A stretch of DNA of 64,000 bases. Source: Antedon mediterranea. Lineage: Eukaryota > Animalia > Echinodermata. Positions 40,208-52,000 of the stretch are shown here, piece by piece. The notes under the pieces were generated by a model, which worked only from the letters and a program-made list of their open reading frames with translations, was not told where the DNA came from and searched no databases. Location of the stretch: contig NC_092674.1 of NCBI RefSeq assembly GCF_964355755.1, forward strand, positions 29,264,001-29,328,000. The letters are read 5' to 3'. Both the position numbers and the translations under genes were made by a program. Within the stretch, counting starts at the first letter, position 1; every line of letters starts with the position of its first letter.

Positions 40208-43200
40208 TCGACAAAGAAGTGTCAATTGTTCTTGTTTTAGACGATGTTTGTTTCTTCTTTGATGACGTCACTATGGCTTTAACTGAGTTGGTGACATTAA
40301 ACGCGATGAAGATGAAGAATCCTTGGAGTGAGTTCAGAATCGTGTAGATGAACCACAATACCATGTGATCTACGTACGCCGCAATGAATCCAAGATACCA
40401 TGTCACCCCCATGACTGTTGAAATCTGCAAAAAAACACGTTAATAGTATCATTATTTTGTTAATAATGTACGGTAGAGGCTAGCTACGAAAGTATCGTTA
40501 AGTGGGAAAGCTTTACGTATTCCTAACTCACTATGATATGAAATAGTCTCCTTTATGTAGGCCTATTAAGTGGGTCTGAGACTTTTGGTGAATTTGCAAT
40601 CTCCTAGTGCCGTTTGAACATTCTTGAGGAAGTATTGAGAAACGTCAGTTCTGTAATCTCTAATCTGGACTGGAAGTCAAAATCTGTTTGTCACAATAAC
40701 CATTGCAGTTGTATATTGATGAAGAAGGGTTAATGGTAAAATGGAATTCATTATACAACCATGCAAAAACTTACCCTTATGTAAATGATAATTTCTTCCG
40801 TCAGTTGCTGTTTTTTCGACTTATCACCATTGACAACCGAAGTTGTTTTCTTCGTCTCTCTGATTCCTGTAATTGTTGCAACAAATAGTATCAGGTTGGG
40901 CAGAATGATCACAGCTAACGGGATACCGAACCAGTAGAGATTAGCGAGTTCATCTCGAATCCAGCAGATTGTATCATCACCGTATCTGACATTCACATCA
41001 GTGCAATCACAGTAACTCAAGCCTACGATGATACCTACGTATATTGATGGCACTCCCCAACTGTAGATATTGTAAAAAATGAAAGATGTTCGCTGCGATG
41101 CCTTGCTTCTTGCTGACGCTCTAAAAAACCTGAATGTTCGGAAAAGTTCAAATGCCAGCGTGTTCATCCAAAGGAAACAGGAAAGCCATATGAAATGAAG
41201 GAATACGGCCACAATCTTGCAAGCTAACTTCCATTTGATAAACGAATTTTGAAAAGTAGTCATCAACAAACCACAGAACAAAGATATTGAAATATTCATA
41301 ATGATCTTTCCACAAAGTGTTCTTAATTCCTTAAACATCATACGGAAAATAATTGTAATGAAGAGACCAACAAGCGACAAACTGATTCCTACAATATTGA
41401 TAATGTTAAGGTATACATTATCTTTATTTTCCATGAATTGTTTTGGTAAATTCTGTGATTCAGAATTGTTAAGAAAGGTACAGACGCCGATACTACTATT
41501 TGTATCATCTGATACAATATAATCCATCTCTTCAAATATCTTTCCATTATACTTATAAACTAGAGTTCCGTTGCCATGATTAAAAAAAGCTGATGAATCC
41601 AGATGAATCAGGGAACACACGTCACACGTCAATACCGATAGACTACTACAGACGTCAGCAGACTCATTTCCTAACTGGTGGATAACTTCTAACACATAAT
41701 CTTCATCAGGAATTTCAGCAGAAAGGTTACCGTAACGTAAATTTCGCGTAGAATTGTCAAAACTCTCAAAAAGATCGTCTGTGAGCGTAAACACGTCAAA
41801 CTCACATGATAGGTATTCGAGATTAATTTTAAGTGAACAATTCTGCCGAATGATCACCAGTCGTAACTGTGTACTATTTGTGCTGATGATTTCTCGATTT
41901 ATGAAATTCGATATGTTAAATACTGTCGTGCAATCTACCGCATTTATTGACACTTCTAAAATCGTCATAATTATTTGCATATTCTATCACGTGACGTGAA
42001 TAGCTTATACCACTGTCACTGAGATGCTCTATGAAGACTTCTACATCTACAAATGCCTTCTCTTCCTTCACATATTGAAAGGCAACATTCATTGACTGGT
42101 TTAAAAGCTCGCATAAACAGTAGATTTCCTCTGGTGTTTGAATAGCCTTCGTTTCGCAACCTGAAGAAGTCAGTAGGCCTACTGAAGGAACACATGTTGA
42201 GCCTTCATACGTAAACCAGGTTTACAAGTAATCTGAAGTTGTATGCACTCTCTTGAGAACGGGTCAAACACTTCCCCTGCAGCACATGTGCTTATTTCTG
42301 TAATAGAAGGCCTACTACTAGACGTCTGTACACCAATGCTGTTTTGAGCAGAAAAATCAAATATGATGGTTAATGGACTTGTTAATGTATCCGGTCCAAA
42401 TATATTTCTCCGTCTTTTTCCCTCATCATAGCATATGAAAATTGAAGATTTAGGCCTAAGCGTATGCCTATTATTGTTGCAAATGACAATATGTGGATTG
42501 AAGTATGGGATATTATTACGGTAAACAACAGCCTTATATGTCATACATGTCGAATCGGAATAATTGGAGCAAACGATTTTAGCATTCGGGTTACAAACTC
42601 TTCTGTTATCCCTTTTATCGGGCGGTGGAGTAAATTTAATATTTCCACATTTAACAGCCTGGTCTATTTTATCCAATGCGTCAGATGGTGATGACTCAGA
42701 AGCTGATATTTCAGCAATAGGACAGTTGAATGTAGCTTTCCACGCAGACACGTTTGGTAAAGGAACACCATGACACAGTGCACAGTACACATTCTTGTAA
42801 ATATTGTTATCTGTATCGGAAACGATAACCCTCAAAAGAATGTTATCCGGATCAGGATTTTCACATTTGCTAATGGTCTCAGTATCGACTGAACTATCGC
42901 ATAAAGCAATTGTATAGTAACTGGTGGCATTGTTATCAAACGAAGATCCAGGTTCCACACATTTGAGATGGTTTGAATCTGCCTTTATTGTCGATGTAGA
43001 TATCACTGGCCTGCACGCGGTCATATAGTCGTAGCAACAATCACTATAGTATTCACATGCCGCATCACAACCACAATCATCCTCCTCCAACGGAGCCAAG
43101 CCACATTTTGTAATGTTATCTTTTCTACTTACACAGTTATGTGTATTTGGACATTTCACCTCATCAATGAGTTCTAAATGTTTTTTTTTTTTAAAGTAAA

Positions 43201-43933
43201 AAAGAATGATAATAATGTTAACAACCGTCGAAGAAAATATAGCGTACCGTTAGATTCCAGTTCGGTGCGTTAATTCATTTTTATTTGGGTGGTGTTGAGG
43301 TTGTAAGATATAAGTTGTAAGTTTTAAAATTGCAACCAACGCGTTGCACCGCGAACTGTGATTGGGGAACTCATATTGTGTTGTTGCGTCTACGTCATTG
43401 CGTTGCGTCAAATTGAGGCCTTATCATGTTTAATACGATCAGGTTTTTATATCAAGTAAAATAAAACAGGTTAAACAAGCGAGGAAACAGAAATCTCTGC
43501 CCGTCCGAACATTTTTCATATTTAAATCGCCTACATAATTCGAACACCGTGAATAAACTCCGAAGAAACACCAGAGCGTCTCCAGAGTTTGCATGCTGGA
43601 CGCGCGATGTGAAAACACAAGTAGTAAAGCTTGGTTCCCACTAGAACGTAACGCAAGGACGTAAACGCAACGCAAGCGTTTTAACCAATGACAAGCGAAG
43701 TTATAGACAGTTAGCAATCACAAGCGAATTAGCCATCGCTTGTGATTGGTCAATTCATTTGCGCTGCGTTACGTCCTTGTGTTGCGTCGCTAGTGGGAAC
43801 CACGCTTTAGTGGGAACCAAGTATCAGAAGACTTACCGTCATATTGTGTGCAGTTCTCTGCTCCGTGAATAACAACACTCAGTGACGTAATAAAGAGGAC
43901 TACAATAAAGACAAGCAACTTGTCTTGTTGCAT
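40197..43933 (-). pseudogene. Somatomedin-B domain adhesion/Methuselah-like GPCR, copy 2 (frameshifted)
   Basis: Exons 43837-43933, 40775-43173 and 40197-40424. Same motifs as copy 1. -1 nt at ~42214 (stop at 42179) and +4 nt at ~41970. Confidence 0.85.
43626..43808. mobile_element. MITE family 2 (TIR AGC(T/G)TGGTTCCCACTAG)
   Basis: Near-identical ~180-bp copies at 45786-45965, 46760-46937 and 63250-63430 (inverted). Degenerate relatives at ~45097, 45579, 47378 and 60537. Confidence 0.85.
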
Positions 43934-45378
43934 TTTAAAATCTGAAACAGATAATGTTTTCCATTATTTTGAACATCCTACTAACAAATACAAACAATAA
44001 AATGTTTTAAGAAATCATTGAAAAAAGGGCAATTGAAAGACAATTTTCTAGACAAAAATTTAGGCATTGATTCCTTACAACACGGCAACCATGGAAAACT
44101 GAGAATGAAGTTGAAAGCGAGAAAAATAGGAACGAGTTTTCCGAAACATTGTTTTGAACATGTTTACCCACATTAACAAATTAGAAAATATTTTATGGTA
44201 AAGTATAAATGTTTACCTACCTGCTGAACGCATCCTTTGAGCTATATGTATGTGTATAACGGCGTCTAAACAACAACACCTCTGTCGTCTGCCCATCGGA
44301 CAGATTCTTCCTGTTTTATAACTAGTTGCACGCTTCGATGAACATCAGTAAAGTATGTCCTCACAGGTACTCGATCATTATTGGTGGAAAGTAACTTAGA
44401 TATTAATTTCTAAGCATTGACTGCATGAAACGTATTATTTATAAAGTTCTTCATTAGAGGATTTGACTTTCCAGTTTAAATGTGATACAATGTTTAAATA
44501 ACTAATTTATATAATTTTAAAAGACCAGTAGTTTAATAATGAGGTTAACACGAAACCATAATTTCGTTATCAATATAATATGTTCCATTTATTAACAATT
44601 ATACAGTATTGATTTCTTTTTTATTAAATTGATTGGAATATCTAATCAAATTGTTTTACCGCAGATAACAAATGCTTATTGTTGTTCCATACGAAAATTC
44701 ACTTTTAATTGCACAAAAATACGCATTTGGAAATTAACTTTCGTTAATACATCTTAATAATTGTAGTTATTTGTGTTAAATGTACAATACTGTAGGTTTA
44801 AAATTACATCCTATAAATAACCTAGGATGCAAATTAGTGCATATTTATAGAATGAGAGACTAATCAAATTTCACATTGTAAAGTAAAGTCATTGATCGAT
44901 CGAACAAACGAAGAAGTTTCGTTATCGGAATGACATCCGTTATCGGAATGTACGCCGTTGTCAATTGAAGTGCTGCTGTATCAAAAACACTGCACCATCA
45001 CTGTAATACATCGAGTCCTAGTTTAAAGCCGTTAGGGCACAAAGTGTTTAGAAACAAGCATTATAGTATTCAAATCATGATTACGTAAACGTTCTAAAGC
45101 TTGGTTCCCACTGGAGAACGTAGACGCAGCGAGTTGTCCAATGAAAAGCGACACTTAATCCATCGCTTGTGATTGGTCAATTCACTTACGTTGCGTTACG
45201 TCATTGTGATGCGTCTCTAGCATTAGGACGCGATGGATTATTACCCAAACTGTTGCTTGTGATTGGTCAACTCACGCGTTGTGCATACGTCGTTGCGTAC
45301 AAGTGCGATCCTCATTATTGCAATGTGGTCTTCTAATAAAAAAAAACCGGAACCGGAAGTTGCGCCACTGAACATTCA

Positions 45379-48282
45379 CTATGATTTTACTTCATGAAAA
45401 ATGTTAACAGTTGTTTTATGGCATTTTCTAAAGTCCATATCACAATAGCCAACGGAAAATCTTGATTTAGTTGGTTTAAAATAGTCCAGACCACGTCCAA
45501 TCTTAATAATCCAACCACTATCTAATCTAATTAAGAGAAAGGGAGGAAAATAAAAAAAAAACTCACAAATACAGTTTTAAAGCGTGGTTCCCACTAGATC
45601 GCAGCGCAGCGACGTATCGATGCAAAGTTCTGTATTGCGTAATAAGTGGGAACCGACGATACAAAAGCTGAAAACATTTTAGGTTTGATTTTGATTTTAC
45701 GCAGGCGGGGGAAAACACAATTATGGGAAGGCCATTTTCTTACGTTGCGTAGATTGCGTTACTTTGCGTCGCTAGTGGGAACTTAAGCTTGGTTCCCACT
45801 AGAACGTTACGCAAGGACGTAAACGCAACAAAAGCGTTTTAATCAATGACAAGCGAAGTTATAGACAGTTAGCAATCACAAGCGAATAAGCCATCGCTTG
45901 TGATTGGTCAATTCACTTGCGTTGCTTTACGTCCTTGTGTTGCGTCGCTAGTGGGAACCACGCTTAATTAATTATTGACGCGTCTTGCGTTCAGGTAATA
46001 ATAATGTACGCACACGCTCGATTGACGGCTAACGTCATTATTAACTATTACTACTATACAGCAAAACATTCATTTTATGCATGTATAGTATAATATGTAT
46101 GTCAAGTATTATTGCATTTTATTTAACATCTTAGCAATATGCTAAAATATTTCTATATTTTGTTCAATTATTTTGTGTCATCAGCCATTCATTTCTTATA
46201 AATACAGATTAATATATCGCACCTTATGGCCCTGTCGTGTAATGTGGCTGAATATCGTACTTCTAACGTTACACCGTGCTGTGCTAAACTCTCAGTTAAT
46301 TCATTCAAACCACTTGATTGTTGTTGACTGGTTTTCTGTAAACAAAGAGGAAACATGGCAGATTGTGGTTCAAGGGTTCATCGTGGTTTCAAACGAACTT
46401 CCATAGAACAAGATCGATCACAAATATGATTTCTAGTTTACCCTCTTCTTTAACACAAGTTTGAAAATAATATAATTTTGAGCAGATGATTAGGTTTAGT
46501 GACGTTTCGAAAATTACTGTATATTGCATTGGTTCAACTCAAGTGTCCACCCAAGTCCAAGAACACGTTTTCTGGAGTTCCAAAAGTACGCTAGGATTTC
46601 ACATCATGACAACAAAAATAAATATATAACGCAACATTATTGGGTGCACTGATTGACTTGCACATAAGCTAAAGGCCAATTTACACAGACGAGCGGTAAC
46701 GTTAAAACAAATATAGAATCTCTGTTATTCCTTATGACCACAACGCGGAGAGGATAGGCGGTGGTTCCCACTAGAACGTAACGTAAGGACGTAAACGCAA
46801 CGCAAGCGTTTTAACCAATGACAAGCGAAGTTATAGACAGTTAGCAATCACAAGTGAATAAGCCATCGCTTGTGATTGGTCAATTTTCTTGCGTTGCGTT
46901 ACGTCATTGCGTTGCGTCGCTAGTGGGAACTACGCTTTAGGATAGATACAGATTCTACACGGGACAAGCTATCGGTTTTCCACTTACCGCTCGCCTGTGT
47001 AAATTGGCTTTTAATTTAGGCCTACAATGTCAAAATAGAAGGAGTCTTTTTATACCTCGTCTTGTCCAGTCGTTAGAACGATTCTTTTAACTGAGGATGA
47101 TTTCTTTTTGACAAGTTCACAGAAGCGAAGAAAGTTAAAGAGTTGATGTGTAGTTCGGATGTAAGGATCTTCGACCTCTACGCTATCAGTGATCTTGTTG
47201 AGAAAACTTCCAAACACTCGCTCATAACTGTTTCCAGTCGAGTCATCTTCAATGTGAATCTCTTCGTGAAACTTTCCAGCTTTAAATAAAAAGAACTTGA
47301 TATTGAGTTTACTAAAAAGGAAGGGGAAGATAATGCGCGTAAAGAGTATTTATTTTATGGGAGTGTTACACCTTCAGAAGCTTGGTTCCCACTAGGACGC
47401 AACGAGACAATTTGACTAATCAGAAGTGACAGACTATCCGAACATTGCTTATCATTGAGGTTGCGGCTACGTTGTCATTGCGTGCTTTGCACCCTACTTG
47501 TAGGAACCAAACATTAGTACGCATTCGATCGTCATGTATTCTATATCGTCCAGTAGGGATACCACCAGAGTAGGTAGTTCAGGTTCCTTAATAAATAGTG
47601 TTGAAATAATTATTACAAGAGTTTGTCTAGGCTGCCAGACATATTCCAATACTCTACACAGAACGATAGTTTAATCATCAGCAATTCAAAATGTCAAGTC
47701 CCAAGTTTTACAGTTAAAATGCTTTTTGTGGTTGACTTTTCACACGTTTTGAGATTTTACCTTTCTTTTGTTCTTCAACAACCTTCTTTAATTTTTCAGC
47801 CCTTGACATATAATTTTCTATTTTCTCTCGAATTCCTTTCTTTAAAGTCTCGTTTGTCTGTTCTGAAAGAAACAGTGTCGTTTACTATTACTATACTCGC
47901 TCTCAGTTACAGGTGAATGTCTTAATTAATGATTGATCTGTTTTTTTTCCCGTTTTTTTTCTTTTTGCAAAATTTTTGGTTGTTTTTAGTTTCAATGTTA
48001 TTATTTTTCATGGTTTTCACAAGCGCCTTGAGCACTTTGTGGATACGTGCGCTCTATACATTTTTATTATCTTATCTTATCTTAATTTATAAAAGGAATT
48101 GTTTGGCCTTACGGGAGACTACGGACACAAGGAATTAAAAATATAAAATGACAATATTAATTACCTTTAAAAACATTCAAGAGAATTTGAATTCCTTCTT
48201 GGTAGCAAATAGATGCCTCTGTGTAGCGCTTCTCTTTGTCAAGTTCAACTGCCCGAGCCAATACACTCCCTGCTGCTTCCAT
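45379..48282 (-). CDS. MITD1: MIT domain-containing protein 1 (five coding exons)
   Basis: Not in the ORF track. Exons encode [35 protein letters not shown]; [13 protein letters not shown]; [38 protein letters not shown]; [11 protein letters not shown]; [42 protein letters not shown]. Introns are GT-AG. Confidence 0.95.
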
Positions 48283-49043
48283 GCTTCTCCTAGATTAGGC
48301 CTAATTCTCCTCCTACTTATAGCTAGTACACTATAAAGTAGTAGTATTAGTAACTGCAGTGAGACTTCAGGGAAACTCAGCCTACAACAACAATATTGAT
48401 TTTTTTTTTAAAAACGAACTTTCAAGATAAATTAAAGCATTAGCATAAAATAAAGCATTATACCATTTACACAATTTTTAAAATAGGCCTACCACCGAGT
48501 GTTTGAGGCTTATTAAACATATATTCAATGCTACTATAGGCCCTATAGCTTGCTGGTTTAGGTTCTGGTAGGCCCATGGAGGTATCCTCCATCGTAGGCC
48601 TAACTAGCACTCTAGATCTGCAGTAGAGTCGAGTAGGAGCTAGCCTAACTAGTTGTTTGTAGCCTACACTACATCTACTAGTTACAGTATATACTACACG
48701 GCAAAGAAAACAATATTTATTAACATATCTGGTAATTTATTAACTATATGTTAACTTATAGCCTTCAGTACTACTTACTTACTGCATACGTTTAGCTTTG
48801 ACAATTAAAAGTCTTATATAAACCCTTTTTAAGGCATTTATTATTATAGAGAGGACCACTCTGCGTTTCCATTTATTCAACATAAACAATTAGGGAATTT
48901 CCCTTATTTGCGCCCTCTATAGTATGTTGGGAGGTAAATATGAGAGTCACGTGGGGTACGGTGGGTACGGTGTAAACATTGTGCGGTAACCAAGGAAAGG
49001 ACGTGTTTTGTATAGAGGAGAGGTGGTAAAGAGAGAGAAAAGA
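48283..49043. promoter_or_regulatory. Divergent MITD1/SPATA4 promoter region with RFX X-box-like site
   Basis: Start codons are ~760 bp apart head to head. GTAACCAAGGAAAG at 48986-48999 resembles the X-box typical of ciliary genes. Confidence 0.5.
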
Positions 49044-52000
49044 ATGGCTACTCTGCCACGAGATGTACACAAATGGCTTCAAAGTTTAGATTTATCCTTT
49101 CCCGTAAGAAATCCGAGAAGGTAAATGTTAAGTGTGTTTGGACGGCCAAGTGAATAAAATGCGAACTGGTGCTTCTCTCGATCAATCATCTTCTCATCAT
49201 TCCTTTATCCGGCGGATCATTCAACCGGTCCAACCAGGCCAGGCCAGGCCCTGGGTAGGCCATAGCCTAGGCCTATGTAATGTATGCCTATAGCCTATGA
49301 TGCTAGGCCTAGCACAGTAGTCGGATCAACTGCCGTTTTGGCTCCGGAGTTTTTTTTGTGGTTATTCCATTATTAAAGTGGGGGTGTGTGGTTATGAATA
49401 TTGTGTGCAGGTACGTCAATAGAAATGACATTGAGAGCCCTCTTCTGTCAGTTGACTGGTTCCCGGTCTACCGCCTTGTAATTGACTTAATCATGATCGA
49501 ATTCCAACAACTTAAGAATATACAAAATGTTTACATAATTATATAACAATGTAGATCTATCTAATAATGTTTTTATTTTTTTGCAGATAAAGGAGGATCA
49601 TCAATAAAATAAAATGATAAAAATTCCAGGCATTTAATATACGGTTTACTGATAAAATATAATGTACCAATGAAATAAACCTGGTGTTCTGAAACATATT
49701 TTAATAACTTTTGCCGGCCTAGCGCCTTTGTGTATCTAAATCTATCTAAATAATTAAGTTAGTACAGTATTAACAAATAAAGGGTTAGGGTTATGTATAA
49801 TAAAATGATAGAAATGAGGCATTATCTAATAATGTTTTTATTGATTTTTTTTTCAGATTTTTATAGTTTTAAAATTCAAGTACCGTTTTTATAGCGTTAC
49901 TGTATGTATCCTGTAAATGCTAACCTAAAAATGTTATCTGAATGTTTCTTTTTACGTTATAGAAATGTAATAAAATAACGGTTATTAGTGAACCTAAACA
50001 TTAACCAAACACTAACGTTAGAAAACCACTATGTGTTTGCTGGACTGCCACAATGGAACAATAGACCTAGGCATGTTAAACAAAGAAATCACGTCAAAGC
50101 AGGGTGGAGACGGAATTTTAAGACAAAGGCGTTCTATACAAATGCAAATCATTCATGTATACTTTTTACAAATTTTGTTTAGTTTCTTTATTAAAAGATT
50201 TTGATATGTTGTTATATATAAATATTCTAATACATAGAATAGCAAAATTATCATAATACATAGGATAGCAAAAAATAAACCAAACATAACAACAACAAAA
50301 TTAAATTGACAATGTATTTTTATTTAGAAATTCATTTCAATAATATAAATATTTTTTATTAAATTTCATCATTATTTACTTACAATTAATTAATTACTTA
50401 ACTTACATTACAGTAACTGAATAAATGGTACATAAAATTACTAAATAATTGCACATAAAATGCAGGTTATAATAAAGACATAAGTATACATATAATGGTA
50501 CAGGTTATAAATATTTAAATTACGCTTTTTAAATGTAATTATAATAATTAATGATGAGAACACTTACGGTTACGAGTAGACATGTACATTGGTACATTAC
50601 AGTACGAGCAATCCTTGGCAGTTGGATAAAAACCCCTTCGTTGGAAAAAGTCCAGGTAGTCATCAAATCCATTAAACAAATGTGGTCCTATCTTCGGCAG
50701 CATGGTCCTTGGTTTAAATCGCAGTAAAATCAAATCGAGAACGCAGTAAAATATCGGAGTTGTATAATATAGTTGAAAGTTTTTCGAAAAATGAGTGATT
50801 TGAAGACAACTGATCTTGGTTTATATGCATGTGCCATATTTTAGTTTGTACACATAGCTCCATGTCGGCATGAGTGATATTGTTATATGCTTTATTATGT
50901 AATATTGTAAGCTTCAATGAGACACCTTTGTGCAGCGATAAAAAAAAGTAAAACTATGCTACAGCGGTTTTTGTTTCTTAACCTGATTACATATATTTTA
51001 TTAATATTTATTCTTCCCAACCATTTTTTTTTAAACTCAAAATTTGAAACCCTACCGTTTAGCTTTTTCATTCAAATTTAAGATTGAACTTAATGAAATT
51101 TTACTGTACTGTTTAACAAATCAACATAACGGTACAATGGTTATGATTATTTCAAACCAAAATAGCTAGGTTTTTAAGGACTGATTTATCTTTAAAAAAT
51201 GCCTAGAAATAAAAGAGAGAGAGAGAGAATAGCAATTACGTGTTGGAATAATACAGTAGTAACGGTACAATATATAATCATTTTGGTAAAGAAAATCGAA
51301 TACTAGGTTTTTTAAGGTCTGATTAAACCCAAGTGTGACGTCGTCTGGAAGCAGGAATTTAATATTCATAATTAGGTGATCATTTAGAATAAAATGATCA
51401 CCTATTGTTATTGTATCAAATCTTTATTGGTTATCCGCAACGAAGTTGCTGATAACCTCTTGTGATTGTACGAAATCATCATCAACATCAACTTTTTATT
51501 TCTCTTCTTTCTTTCTGTATGATTTTTGTGCAACGCTTTTCTCTGAAACTTGCAAACATAACATTTTGTGACCTATGTTAACATTTTGACATTTATGTAA
51601 CGTCGTCAAGCGAAGCTTATATTAATTCATATAAAAATTAAGCCTATCGGATGTTGTGACGTTACCGTATGGCCAGTTGAAGTATTTTTTTCATCGCTTT
51701 CGTAAAAGTTATACAATTTTTAAATAGCGCGCGCCAAATTTTCTTCCAATTGTTATATTTTATTACTCAATTCATTATCTTTCGATATTGTTATCTTCAA
51801 GTTTATTTTGACAACGTCATCATACCAAAAAATTAGAACATGATGTGGGTCCCGTAATTTCACCTATGCTACACTGTATATAGATATACACAGTACAGTA
51901 TATACTGTACATATTGTATATGGCATATAATAGGCACAACTCAGCACTATAAGCGTATAATAGGATGGCATACATCAACATTTTCCGATTGTATGTTAAC

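Noticed and set aside
39899-40225. 108-aa repeat protein ORF
   Set aside because: A by-product of the 60-bp unit, in a different frame from the GPCR exon.
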